A stretch of DNA of 64,000 nucleotides from IMG/VR virus record IMGVR_UViG_3300028596_000001, one strand, 5' to 3'. A program made the position numbers and the translations under genes. Numbering within the stretch: position 1 is the stretch's first letter; each line of letters starts with the position of its first letter. This document shows positions 10,002-19,377 of this stretch, in pieces. The DNA comes from a virus (Duplodnaviria; Caudoviricetes). The notes under the pieces were generated by a model that was given only the letters and a program-made list of their open reading frames with translations, searched no databases and was not told the origin of the DNA.

Positions 10002-10011
10002 CTACCTGCCG

Positions 10012-10251
10012 TTATTGGGGATCTTCCTTAACTACTTTCTCGTAAGCGTTGTAAAGGCGCATGTCCTCTTCAACTACTTCGAGCAGATCTTCCAACCGGG
10101 AACGATTAAGACCTTCGCCCCAGTTAGTAGTCCACTCTTGGCGAGCAGCTACATAGCAGATGTCGAAATCGAAGTTACGTTGTTTCGCGATTTCGGTTAC
10201 TGCTCGTATACGATCCTCCAATGACTTTGGCTGATTAGTCACTTCGCCCAT
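10012..10251 (-). CDS. Small hypothetical protein, paralog of 55660..55857
   Basis: 79 aa; shares a gapless KSLEDR...W block with the 65-aa ORF at 55.7 kb. Confidence 0.7.
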   Translation of the reverse strand: MGEVTNQPKSLEDRIRAVTEIAKQRNFDFDICYVAARQEWTTNWGEGLNRSRLEDLLEVVEEDMRLYNAYEKVVKEDPQ

Positions 10252-10258
10252 AAGTCAC

Positions 10259-10912
10259 CTAGTCGTCAAAACGTTTCAGGAACTTACTGCCTTTCTTGCC
10301 GATGGTAACCAAACTCATAATCTCGTAGCGAACGGTTCCGTCCTCTGGGTACATCATCAGATGCGGAACACTAGCGGCGTACTTACGGAAGTTATCTTTG
10401 AAGTCTTCTCGTTGCGCGGCCTTGAGGAAGTTAGTGGTAAGGTTGCCACTATTCTTCTTGGCTTGCAGGAAAAGCTTACTACGATCGTTACCGTACTCAC
10501 CCCACTTGAGTTTCTCATTGAGGATGAATGCAAACCACTTCTTCAACAACACCGGGTCGTCTTCTACCCAATTATGATCCTTAACGAACTTGTCCAGGGC
10601 AACCAGTTCACGCTCCGACTCGACAACCTCATAAAGGATGCGTTGTGGGAGCAGATCCATTTTGACTTCGTACTCGTACAACTTGTTACCTTCAAACCAC
10701 ACCGGATGACCCTCACCATAAATCTGGTGCATGATCTCGCTAGGGATAGGCTCGAAGAAGAACGAAATCGAATCTACGTACGTAGCCCCAGGCATCAAGA
10801 TCCGTCTGGCCTGTTCTTCAGCCTTCTTGATCTCTTCTGGGGTGGCGGTGCCTTGAGCACGCTTGGACTTGATTACATCAAATGCATTTGCCGAATAATG
10901 ATAAAGGTTCAA
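10259..10912 (-). CDS. Hypothetical phage protein
   Basis: 217 aa, ATGA overlap with the tmk stop. Confidence 0.65.
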   Translation of the reverse strand: MNLYHYSANAFDVIKSKRAQGTATPEEIKKAEEQARRILMPGATYVDSISFFFEPIPSEIMHQIYGEGHPVWFEGNKLYEYEVKMDLLPQRILYEVVESERELVALDKFVKDHNWVEDDPVLLKKWFAFILNEKLKWGEYGNDRSKLFLQAKKNSGNLTTNFLKAAQREDFKDNFRKYAASVPHLMMYPEDGTVRYEIMSLVTIGKKGSKFLKRFDD

Positions 10913-11673
10913 GTGTCCACCTTTTCGGAAGTATCCTTAATTCCACGATGCACGTGCCGAGGCACCGCATTTAAATACGCCGGTTGATCTTGGAGTTTCG
11001 GAGGAATCTTGATGCTTTCAGTATGCTTGGGTTGCCCAGTGAGAGAATCGCGGATTTTCATGAGCAAAGGAACAATCTGGGCAAACACACCATCAGCTGG
11101 GAGTTCGGCATCTACCGTCCAGTAACGATCTTTGTTCTCCGCTGCTTCACGCTCGAAGAAGAACTGAATACGGTTGTACAGCTCACCGTTCCAGTTATCG
11201 AACTGATCACTACCTTTCTCTGCGGCAGAAATCCGTTTAACGAACACTTCAGGGCCACCTTCCATCAGAATGGTCATGTCAGGAACAAGACCAATTGCAT
11301 GATGGTGGATTTGCTTGAGGGTAAAGATCGAAAGACCCCGACCCACGCCTTGATAACCCATAGTGCTCAACAGATAACGATCACAGAGTACGACTTCCCC
11401 ACGTTCCAGCGCTGGCTTAACCACCGTCTCCACATGTTGAGCACGAGCTGCATTGAACAGCATAGCTTCAGCCATAGGAGTAAGCGGTTCAGCGTCTGGG
11501 ATCCCTTCACGACACAACTTGCGAAGATGATTAGCCGCAGGAGTCCCACCAGGTTCGAAAGTACGAGTACAAGGAATACCCGCCTCCTTGAACCATTGTT
11601 GAGCCTTGTCGCACACAGTAGACTTACCGCTACCACCGAGCCCCTCAACTACCAGAAGAAAACCCTTGCCCAT
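10909..11673 (-). CDS. tmk: Thymidylate (dTMP) kinase
   Basis: P-loop EGLGGSGKST, TFEPGGT, 'LFNAARAQH', LCDRY and PDMTI motifs. Confidence 0.92.
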   Translation of the reverse strand: MGKGFLLVVEGLGGSGKSTVCDKAQQWFKEAGIPCTRTFEPGGTPAANHLRKLCREGIPDAEPLTPMAEAMLFNAARAQHVETVVKPALERGEVVLCDRYLLSTMGYQGVGRGLSIFTLKQIHHHAIGLVPDMTILMEGGPEVFVKRISAAEKGSDQFDNWNGELYNRIQFFFEREAAENKDRYWTVDAELPADGVFAQIVPLLMKIRDSLTGQPKHTESIKIPPKLQDQPAYLNAVPRHVHRGIKDTSEKVDT

Positions 11674-11738
11674 GAAACAATCCTTACTTTGCTATTAGAG
11701 GTGTAAGATGGGTGCTGTGTAAAAAACACCCACTACAC

Positions 11739-12722
11739 TTAATAGCCTTCTTGCATGCCGCCAAAAGTTCGGACCATGTAGTCGAACTCATGGGATATGT
11801 CCATGCACAGTCTCTGCGTCCATGGCTCCATTGGAATATCAACCAGATGTCCGATACGTTCTTGCACCGACGCTGGATTGAACAAGTACTGAACAGGTTT
11901 CCTGTCTGGCTCTTCGGCAAGGATATCTTTGGTTTCCTGCACGACTGCCAGAGATTGCAAATCCTGTACACGAAACCAACCGAGCATCTCGTAATCAGGA
12001 TCATTGAAGAGCAGGTTTGTGTCAGGAGCCACAGAGGTGAAGTAAACCGCAGCTACATGAGCTCCACCCTCATAGCCAGGCTTCTTCAAGCCGTCACGCA
12101 GGAAAGTGCATTGGAAGTCAGCACCGTTACTCGCCGCAGCAAGAGTGTACTCTGCCGAGTTTAGACCAGTGCCATCCAAAACATACGTGAGTGAAGTCAA
12201 TTCGACTTTGGTCGGATAATGTCGCATGATCGCTTGTCGCAAAGAGTCACCCAGACTGACTGTATGCGTTTCACGCTGAAGCCCCATACCACAACCCATC
12301 TGCAAATACCCGCAGATATCTCGTTTGTAGACTTCCCCGCTCACACCTACCGAAAGAACGTAATACTCCTTGCCGTCTTTATCGGTCTTGCGTTGCTTGT
12401 ACAAAGCAACAGTAGGTTCATCAAAACACCCAGGCTGACCATCTGCCCGCACATCGAGTATGTCTAGCTGTTTAGAGCTGATAGCGCTACCGCGCACAGT
12501 AACGCCATAGGTAACCAACGGAGCTACCATAGGTAGTTTGCTCAGATGCCGACGCGCAACACCGACCACTGAGCAATCCAGAATACCAATCTTGTCAATG
12601 GAAACCAGAGACAGATCGAAAGTCTCTTCACTAAATACTTCTACAAGGCCATCAACGAAAAGGCCGAAGACCATCTCGTCTTTTCTTTCTTCTTCGGTGT
12701 AAACTGTGTGGATAAAAGACAT
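11739..12722 (-). CDS. Degenerate NUDIX-family (COG4112-like) protein
   Basis: Retains family-like flanks 'YVLSVGVSGEV', 'GGAHVAAVYF' and 'MEPWTQ', but has no recognisable RELxEE Nudix box. Confidence 0.4.
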   Translation of the reverse strand: MSFIHTVYTEEERKDEMVFGLFVDGLVEVFSEETFDLSLVSIDKIGILDCSVVGVARRHLSKLPMVAPLVTYGVTVRGSAISSKQLDILDVRADGQPGCFDEPTVALYKQRKTDKDGKEYYVLSVGVSGEVYKRDICGYLQMGCGMGLQRETHTVSLGDSLRQAIMRHYPTKVELTSLTYVLDGTGLNSAEYTLAAASNGADFQCTFLRDGLKKPGYEGGAHVAAVYFTSVAPDTNLLFNDPDYEMLGWFRVQDLQSLAVVQETKDILAEEPDRKPVQYLFNPASVQERIGHLVDIPMEPWTQRLCMDISHEFDYMVRTFGGMQEGY

Positions 12723-12725
12723 AGT

Positions 12726-13103
12726 CTATATTCCTGAGTTGTGGTCAAAGTTGTGAACGTGAACCGCCCAGTTATAGTCTGGGATCATTACCGCTACACC
12801 ACCAGCCACGCTGTGGGTGATTAAAGCGTGTGAGGCAACGGATTTACCGATTTGTAGCGAGACGTGCCTGTTCTTGGAACCGATGATGTTGTAAACACCG
12901 TTGTCCTTGAAGTACGGTTTGATTTCTTCCACCAATGCTTCAGGTGTCTTGAAATCATCAGGCCATTGATTAAGCGCTTGCAAACCTTTCAAGCGATGCA
13001 ACACACCATACCAGAATGCGTCGTAAGGTTCGACATACTCCTCAACACCATGGGTCAAGTCGCTGAGCAGGATATTGAACATTTTCGCTTTAGCTTTAGG
13101 CAT
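12726..13103 (-). CDS. Hypothetical protein
   Basis: 125 aa, GGAGG RBS, tightly packed in the operon. Confidence 0.6.
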   Translation of the reverse strand: MPKAKAKMFNILLSDLTHGVEEYVEPYDAFWYGVLHRLKGLQALNQWPDDFKTPEALVEEIKPYFKDNGVYNIIGSKNRHVSLQIGKSVASHALITHSVAGGVAVMIPDYNWAVHVHNFDHNSGI

Positions 13104-13107
13104 TTAT

Positions 13108-13314
13108 TTACCCTCCAGTAAGAACATGGAACAAACTAACGATGAACAACCAACAAACAGTTATTAAGATGATGTATGCAACAGTACATGTATCAGCTCT
13201 GCGTTTGAGGCTACTGAGAGGCCCCTCAAAGACCCAAGCGTTGAATTTACGATAATAGATACCAGCTAGGGTGAGTAACACCGTGGCGATGGCTAAGGAG
13301 AGCTCCCAGACCAT
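13108..13314 (-). CDS. Small membrane protein with two TM segments
   Basis: 68 aa with two hydrophobic stretches. Confidence 0.6.
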   Translation of the reverse strand: MVWELSLAIATVLLTLAGIYYRKFNAWVFEGPLSSLKRRADTCTVAYIILITVCWLFIVSLFHVLTGG

Positions 13315-13316
13315 GA

Positions 13317-13697
13317 TTAGATAGCTTCCTTAATAGTCAAAGACCACTGTGGCTTGGGTCGCATGGATCGAGAACCAGCAACTACTGTGTGATCCTCCAT
13401 TGCAAACTCCTTGGTCTGTAAATAAAGAACCAAAGTCACTTCCAAAGTTACATTTTCCAGAATACTGTAGACATCATTGGCCTCAAAGTAAGCACGGATT
13501 ACTCGAGCCAGGGTTTCGGAGTCACCTTGGGGAATATCAATCAATTCATTAATCTTGGCCACTTCAATAGCGCCAGTAACGTGACTCCAGAAAGCCGTAA
13601 CAGCAAACCCTTCGATCATCAGGTTTTGATAGCCTTTAGATATAGGAATGCGTACCGATCCTACAGCTTGCTCAAACTTCATTTCTGCACGCGACAT
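13317..13697 (-). CDS. Hypothetical protein
   Basis: 126 aa, GGAG RBS. Confidence 0.6.
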   Translation of the reverse strand: MSRAEMKFEQAVGSVRIPISKGYQNLMIEGFAVTAFWSHVTGAIEVAKINELIDIPQGDSETLARVIRAYFEANDVYSILENVTLEVTLVLYLQTKEFAMEDHTVVAGSRSMRPKPQWSLTIKEAI

Positions 13698-13732
13698 TGG
13701 TTAACTCCAAAAATGAAAATGCGGAATAAACC

Positions 13733-13758
13733 CTACTCCTAGGTTGCCCTAGGAGTAG
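13733..13758. terminator. 11-bp hairpin
   Basis: CTACTCCTAGG-TTGC-CCTAGGAGTAG. Confidence 0.75.
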
Positions 13759-13777
13759 AGCTCACGCCGAGTAGAAA

Positions 13778-14221
13778 TTAGCTGAACAGCTTGGTCGCCA
13801 TTTCGATGTTGACCTTGTCTTGTTCAGCCATCCAGTCAGCGTGATCTTCCGAATGCTGATAGGTGGTCTGGGTGGTGCTGTGGCCGTACAGGAAGGCGTC
13901 TTCGCCGATCTGCTGCTTCAGGTGATGCTGGGAGTTGAAGATGACACCGCCGAGTTCCAGAGTGCCGTCGACAGTGGTCAGCTTCTTGTTGCTTTCGTAT
14001 TCGGTACGGGCGATGGTCGCGACCGCTTGACGAACCTGGCCGGAGGTGTCGTTGATGAAGGACACGTGCTGCTGCAGCGATTCGTTGGTGATGCCTTTAG
14101 GCAGCTCGACCTTTTCTGCGTTGAAGGTCACGTGGTTGGTAGCTTTGTTGTAGTTGTGGTGTTCTACCAACGAGTCAACGCCATTGCCCATCAGTTTGGC
14201 GTATTCGTTATTCAGCGACAT
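13778..14221 (-). CDS. Hypothetical protein, monocistronic early gene
   Basis: 147 aa with strongly C-ending codons, flanked by an early promoter and a hairpin. Confidence 0.7.
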   Translation of the reverse strand: MSLNNEYAKLMGNGVDSLVEHHNYNKATNHVTFNAEKVELPKGITNESLQQHVSFINDTSGQVRQAVATIARTEYESNKKLTTVDGTLELGGVIFNSQHHLKQQIGEDAFLYGHSTTQTTYQHSEDHADWMAEQDKVNIEMATKLFS

Positions 14222-14319
14222 AATGTTCTCACTTACAAATTTAGGGTTAAAAGAAATCTACCAAGGAAGAGGAAGCATTGTGTACTTCCCCTCAGGCATT
14301 TGCCTGCTTGGTCATCTAA

Positions 14320-14335
14320 GTGATATAGGTTTGAA
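14320..14335 (-). promoter_or_regulatory. Putative early promoter (TTCAAACCTATATCAC)
   Basis: Matches the four-copy motif. Confidence 0.65.
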
Positions 14336-15022
14336 TTATTCTTGGGTCAGCAACTTGAAGTGATCCAGGATGCGGGGTTCATCATCCGTAGGTTCGTTGT
14401 CCCAGTGGCTGATAGCCTGGCTGACCTTGCGCTCGAAGAATTCAGGGGTGAAGCCACCGGTGTCGAACAGCGCTTGCAGGTAGCCCACTTCGAAACCGTA
14501 ACGGCTCAGCAGTTCTTCACGCTCTTGCGACATGTTGAACCGGCTGCCCATGTAAACCACCAGGTGTTCAGCCTTCTTGAAGCCGTCGCTGGTCAAGGCC
14601 ATGTCGACCAGGGTGTCATCGAAGCCCATCAGGCGCGTAGCGACGATCTTGAACAACTCGGTGTGCTCGTCGAAAGTGCGTGCGGCGATGATGTTGCTGA
14701 TTGCCTTGTTAGTGAAGTTCTCGCTGGCAATGGTGTTCTGCGTCCATGCGGTAGCGCGCACACCGGCCGATACCATGTACTGCTTGATGAGATGCGCAAT
14801 ATAGGTGTAGCACGCATCAGTCTTCACCGTGCTAACACCCACGCCCTTGATCAGGTGATCACCGGTATGGATGTCGGTGAAACGGCCCCATTGTTGACGC
14901 GAAGTAGACAGGAGAGTCCCCAGCACATTACCCCCGCCGACAGCATCCCGCAAAGCCAAGACGAAGGAGATTTGGTCTGTCTTGGCGTTTCGCAGGATGT
15001 CTTTGTCGAAGTCTGCTTCCAT
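14336..15022 (-). CDS. Hypothetical protein
   Basis: Likely start MEADF at 15022 after GGAG (the track starts at 15094); biased codons. Confidence 0.6.
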   Translation of the reverse strand: MEADFDKDILRNAKTDQISFVLALRDAVGGGNVLGTLLSTSRQQWGRFTDIHTGDHLIKGVGVSTVKTDACYTYIAHLIKQYMVSAGVRATAWTQNTIASENFTNKAISNIIAARTFDEHTELFKIVATRLMGFDDTLVDMALTSDGFKKAEHLVVYMGSRFNMSQEREELLSRYGFEVGYLQALFDTGGFTPEFFERKVSQAISHWDNEPTDDEPRILDHFKLLTQE

Positions 15023-15109
15023 TACTTGTACTCCATTTACAGTTGAGTAGAAAGTGGGTCCCTGAATCCAGGGTATATCATAGAGGAACAGCAAAAATAA
15101 ATAATAGTA

Positions 15110-15138
15110 CCTAAGGTAGGGGATTCCCCTACCTTAGG
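15110..15138. terminator. 13-bp hairpin ending the vRNAP/protease operon
   Basis: CCTAAGGTAGGGG-ATT-CCCCTACCTTAGG. Confidence 0.75.
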
Positions 15139-15144
15139 CATGTC

Positions 15145-15993
15145 TTAGAACACGTTAAGCGAGCTGGTGGTCTTCAGACGAACAGGAGCAGCGTGGTGGT
15201 AGCGCTTCTTCAGATGGTCAAGCATGCCGACCAACTGATTGTGGCTCTCGGTACCTTCAAAACGAACCATGAAGGATTCCTTAGCCATTTCACGCTCACA
15301 GACGTAAACGACTTCATCGAAAGACACAGCCATCTCTGCTGGGGCTGCCAGGAGCTGGTGAGACATGAAGTCTTCCAGACCAGCAGTACGGTATTTGCAG
15401 GCTTCCAACATGCCCTGCTCAATAACCAGGTCATAACCAGTGAAGTAATCCACTTCACGGCTACGATCCCCCATCTTCTGCGGCTTGGTTACAGTGCGGA
15501 TACTGAACGCCGTATTGATGTCCGGATCTTCCAGGCTGTCCTTCAGGATGTGACCATGCACACCGAAAGGACGTACTTCGATCATGTTGTAAACTGGATC
15601 GGTTTCACCGCCTTTCATCACCCAGTGAATCTTCCGTACCGAACCGCATACGTTAGCTTCAATGATAGTGCGCAGACGATGGATCCACTGGAACACGTCG
15701 GTAATCGGGGTCTGAACAATGCGACCGTCGATACGTTCCCAGTAGTACTGCGGAGGGTGGCCCAGTTCACATTGGAGCTGCCCCTCACGCACACGGCGGT
15801 TCAGATCGGAATCTTCCCGCATGCATTCACGGAGGTAATCGTTGAACCGATACTTGATACCGCTACGGTTCTCGATGTTGAAACCGCCGGAGTTCAGCAG
15901 GTAATATTGCCCGCCTGGCTCCATTGGCTTCAAGATACCTTTTTTGCCGGTACCTTCCAGTACCGTGCTTCCAAAGGTGATGATCTTGCTCAT
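15145..15993 (-). CDS. Prohead maturation protease (phiKZ gp175-like)
   Basis: CELGHP (His) and AFSIRT (Ser) motifs of herpes-like prohead proteases; possible auto-cleavage sites AGLE/GTE near the C-terminus; synteny. Confidence 0.85.
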   Translation of the reverse strand: MSKIITFGSTVLEGTGKKGILKPMEPGGQYYLLNSGGFNIENRSGIKYRFNDYLRECMREDSDLNRRVREGQLQCELGHPPQYYWERIDGRIVQTPITDVFQWIHRLRTIIEANVCGSVRKIHWVMKGGETDPVYNMIEVRPFGVHGHILKDSLEDPDINTAFSIRTVTKPQKMGDRSREVDYFTGYDLVIEQGMLEACKYRTAGLEDFMSHQLLAAPAEMAVSFDEVVYVCEREMAKESFMVRFEGTESHNQLVGMLDHLKKRYHHAAPVRLKTTSSLNVF

Positions 15994-16730
15994 GTTGGGA
16001 TACCCCTCATAATCCTTTCGTAGTCTGTAACTTTGGTATCGGGGTTAACCATTGCCGCCAAGGTGTTATCCTGCAAGTAACCGCTGGAGATCTTGGCGAA
16101 GGTGCCGTCAATCAACATGCTACCGTTGTTTAAACCAACGATGAGGGGAGGCCTGCCTTCCTTAGCAGCCTTACTGTAACGATATGGCTGATCGGGATTG
16201 TCAGGATCTCGGAACATAATGCTGGTAAGCACACGAGGTACCTGGAAGGTACTCCCCACATCATTACCGCATTCAGCCTTGGCGTTGTCAAACAAGCCGC
16301 GGACTTCCTGCTCACCCATATACCACGGAATCTTCGCGTAGTAGTAAAACTCCAACATGAAGTGATAGGGCTTGTTGGGATCCTGAATTACTTCCAGGCT
16401 CTCAATAACCGTGTCGCCCTTTTCAAACTCCAATACCAAATACTGAATTCCATTTACATTGCTTTCACGAATATTGAGCGGAACCAGCGTGATATCCATC
16501 AAAGCTATCAGGGGAGCATAAGACTCCCCCGGAATCACCAAACCCAGCACAGCGGCGGTAGTAACTTTGTCACTAACCGTCGCCATGCCGTTATCTACAA
16601 ACCGCTTGGGGAGATAGATCTCCACCTTACGATTTGCGATTACCGAACCATCAGGCAGTTCGGTAAAGGCTTTTCTTTCGAAGCTCTCATGCGGTTCTCG
16701 CTTGAGACCTTCAATACTCATTCCAGACAC
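15990..16730 (-). CDS. Virion RNA polymerase small subunit, beta'-C (phiKZ gp176-like)
   Basis: 246 aa, coupled to the protease by an ATGA overlap; position matches gp176 and SPN3US gp244. Confidence 0.6.
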   Translation of the reverse strand: MSGMSIEGLKREPHESFERKAFTELPDGSVIANRKVEIYLPKRFVDNGMATVSDKVTTAAVLGLVIPGESYAPLIALMDITLVPLNIRESNVNGIQYLVLEFEKGDTVIESLEVIQDPNKPYHFMLEFYYYAKIPWYMGEQEVRGLFDNAKAECGNDVGSTFQVPRVLTSIMFRDPDNPDQPYRYSKAAKEGRPPLIVGLNNGSMLIDGTFAKISSGYLQDNTLAAMVNPDTKVTDYERIMRGIPT

Positions 16731-18259
16731 TTGTCCACGATCAGGTTGATCACGGAAACAGTCAGGCGCTGGCGCTGGTCAGAGACATTGTCTTCGCCAG
16801 CTTGAGTAATGAAGGTATCTTCCAGCAGGTCCGCAGCCAAACCACAGCCGAGGGCGCGCAGGAATACTGGAACGATGTGCGACGACATTACCACGTCACA
16901 AACACCAGGACGTTCGTCACCTTCAGACACTGGAACATCGCTACCGAAGTCGTAACCACTGGCCATCAGCTCAGCGTAGCAACGACGCAGTTCTTGGCCA
17001 AAGGTATTGCTCACCCAGGTACCCAGCAGGTCTTGCGAACCAGCACGGATTTCATCGAGACGAGACATGATGTTCTCGTTACCGATAATGAAATCGTGGA
17101 TGGTCTTCAGACCGCCGGCAATGAAACGCACTTCAGCGTGAGCCGACAGTTTTTCATTGACGTAGGCGAAGTACTCGTTAGCCTTGGCCTGGAAGTGCTC
17201 AGGGTTAGTGAACATTTCGGTAGCGGTACGGCGATTGCCAGTCAGACGCTCCCAGTAGTAGCCCATCACCACTTCAGCCATGGAGCAGTCTTTCGACGTG
17301 ATAGCCTCCAGTACTTCGTCGGTGTAATAGACCATGGTGTCAGCTTCCAGGAAGCGAACATCCTTCTGGGTATCGCCACGACCGTCTACCAGACGCACCG
17401 GGCCGTTGTCGACCACCACCATCTTGGCATCACGGTAGTTAGCAACAACGACCTTGAGGTTGATCAGGTGAACGGTCATGCCGTTCCACAGAGTGGTAAC
17501 GAACTGACGGTAGGCTTCCAGGGAACCGGACTTCAGCCAAGGCACTGGGTTGTCCGAACTGTACATCTTGGTCAGGATGATGTAAGCCTTGAGGAGCTTC
17601 TCGGAATCCAGCTGCTTGATGCGGCTGAAGTCGTAGTTGCCTTCACGGCTACGTGCGAACCAGTGGTCCAGGGCTTCTTTGTCGGTCAGACAGAAAGCAG
17701 CGTTGGCAGGCGAGGAATCACGCTCACGCATGATCTCAACCACGTCGGCATGGTTGGAGTTAACGAACTCCAGGACCTGCTCGTTGGTCGGGAACTCGAA
17801 CTGCAGACCTTCGAGACTTTCCAGACCAACGTTGGTGTAGGTGAACAGCGACTTGTCCTTGACTTCCTTCGGATAGATCGGGGAGTCGAAGAACGGATCA
17901 TCCAGCCAGATGAACTGGTGCTTGAAGTTAACGCTGGCGACGCTGCGCAACATCTGACGGCTGTAGCAGACTTCGGCTTCTTTACCGATGGCCATGGCCA
18001 GAGGCTTACCGTAAGCGCTGATGTTCTCCATCGCACCACGGATGATCTCAGCCAGACGACTGGAAGCAGCTTCCATTACCGCAGTGTGCTCGGTCTCGTC
18101 GCCGCTGGTCGCTTCAACGATTTCCTTGCGGAACTGTTCGGTGTAAGGATGCAGCCCATGACTAACGCCGTTCAGACCTTCGATGATCGTGGTAGGACGC
18201 AGGACTGGATTGGCAACTGCGATCAGTTCGCCCAGACCGATACTCGATTGACGAATCAT
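16718..18259 (-). CDS. Conserved head-associated protein (phiKZ gp177-like)
   Basis: 513 aa with biased codons; synteny between gp176 and gp178 homologs. Confidence 0.55.
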   Translation of the reverse strand: MIRQSSIGLGELIAVANPVLRPTTIIEGLNGVSHGLHPYTEQFRKEIVEATSGDETEHTAVMEAASSRLAEIIRGAMENISAYGKPLAMAIGKEAEVCYSRQMLRSVASVNFKHQFIWLDDPFFDSPIYPKEVKDKSLFTYTNVGLESLEGLQFEFPTNEQVLEFVNSNHADVVEIMRERDSSPANAAFCLTDKEALDHWFARSREGNYDFSRIKQLDSEKLLKAYIILTKMYSSDNPVPWLKSGSLEAYRQFVTTLWNGMTVHLINLKVVVANYRDAKMVVVDNGPVRLVDGRGDTQKDVRFLEADTMVYYTDEVLEAITSKDCSMAEVVMGYYWERLTGNRRTATEMFTNPEHFQAKANEYFAYVNEKLSAHAEVRFIAGGLKTIHDFIIGNENIMSRLDEIRAGSQDLLGTWVSNTFGQELRRCYAELMASGYDFGSDVPVSEGDERPGVCDVVMSSHIVPVFLRALGCGLAADLLEDTFITQAGEDNVSDQRQRLTVSVINLIVDKCLE

Positions 18260-18435
18260 TAGTTCGCCTCCCCGTTCTTGGCCTTACGCACGATGGCCTT
18301 GCTGATCTTTTCGTCCTGAATGGATTCATCCAGAGGCGCGATGTAAACCAGTCCCAGTTTGGAAATGGTGTGTTTGACCAACTCGGTAACGTTGGCCACG
18401 GTGATGATATCACCGATCATTTTTTCTTTAGACAC
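18259..18435 (-). CDS. Small 58-aa protein missed by the ORF track
   Basis: GAGGT RBS then GTG: (M)SKEKMIGDIITVANVTELVKHTISKLGLVYIAPLDESIQDEKISKAIVRKAKNGEAN*; TAATG overlap with the next gene. Confidence 0.55.
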   Translation of the reverse strand: MSKEKMIGDIITVANVTELVKHTISKLGLVYIAPLDESIQDEKISKAIVRKAKNGEAN

Positions 18436-18453
18436 GACGTTGTACCTCTGGGA

Positions 18454-19377
18454 TCAGTAGTGTGCGCTAGAAGGCGAACGGTTGCTTGCGAGCATGCCGT
18501 CGTAATACGAGGTGTACAGACGAGTGTTGATTTCGCCTACAGTGATCCTGCCGTCCTTATCGAAGTCGAAACCTTTGTTCTGGGTATAACCCAGGCGTTC
18601 TTTCTCGACGTCTTTGGAGAAGATCACTTCATCCGGTTTCTTGCCAACGGCAGCCGGGTAGAAGATGGTCAGGTAGAAGTCTTCCAGGCGGTTGTACTTT
18701 TTGCCACGTTTCATCCACATCTCGAAGTACTTGAACACCCAGTCGAGTTGCTCTTCAGCAGACAGGGTGATCAGCCACTCAACTGTGACACGTGGGTCTT
18801 TGTAAACCCGGGACAGATCAAGCGCAGCATCTTTACCGAACTGGATCAGACCGAAGTAGTACGCACCAGCACCGTTACGGATGGTAGGGCTGAACGTCCC
18901 ACCGGTCTCGAAGTTGATACAGGCCATCAGTGCCGAAGGAGCGTTGTCCCACAGCTCGTGCTTTTTGCACCAGGCAATGACCTTCTCGACGAATACCTTG
19001 GAAACCTTCTTGCTCCAACCGATACCCAGGTAAGGAACACGATTGTAAGCCTTGTAGCTGCTCACAACCTTGCTGAAGGCATTCCAGGTGCCAGGGCCCA
19101 TGATGCCATCGCATTGACCGTCGTACAGCTTGAGGAGCTTCAGGTTGGACTGAATGTTCTTCAGCGCACCGTCCTCATTAACTACCTTAACCCACGGCAG
19201 AGGCGACGCTTCAGCACGCGAGCCATTGATACGGTAGTTGTAATCTTTGAACAAAGTCGCAACGGCAGTCGCACTACCATTACCCCATTTACCATCAATC
19301 GAACCGGCATAAAGGTCGCACTCTTTCGAGGCGACCTGAATGTCCCGGATTGCATTAAGCAGCCGGTAGTTTGTCAT
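18454..19377 (-). CDS. Modular endolysin: two PG-binding repeats plus a lytic transglycosylase/lysozyme-like domain
   Basis: YAGSIDGKWGNGS and YDGQCDGIMGPGT repeats; catalytic-type 'INFETGG' Glu and 'GLIQF' motif. Confidence 0.8.
   Translation of the reverse strand: MTNYRLLNAIRDIQVASKECDLYAGSIDGKWGNGSATAVATLFKDYNYRINGSRAEASPLPWVKVVNEDGALKNIQSNLKLLKLYDGQCDGIMGPGTWNAFSKVVSSYKAYNRVPYLGIGWSKKVSKVFVEKVIAWCKKHELWDNAPSALMACINFETGGTFSPTIRNGAGAYYFGLIQFGKDAALDLSRVYKDPRVTVEWLITLSAEEQLDWVFKYFEMWMKRGKKYNRLEDFYLTIFYPAAVGKKPDEVIFSKDVEKERLGYTQNKGFDFDKDGRITVGEINTRLYTSYYDGMLASNRSPSSAHY

Noticed and set aside
13108-13314. Two-TM protein as a holin
   Set aside because: It lacks a charged C-terminal tail, is not adjacent to the lysin, and lies in a nucleotide-metabolism/accessory operon.
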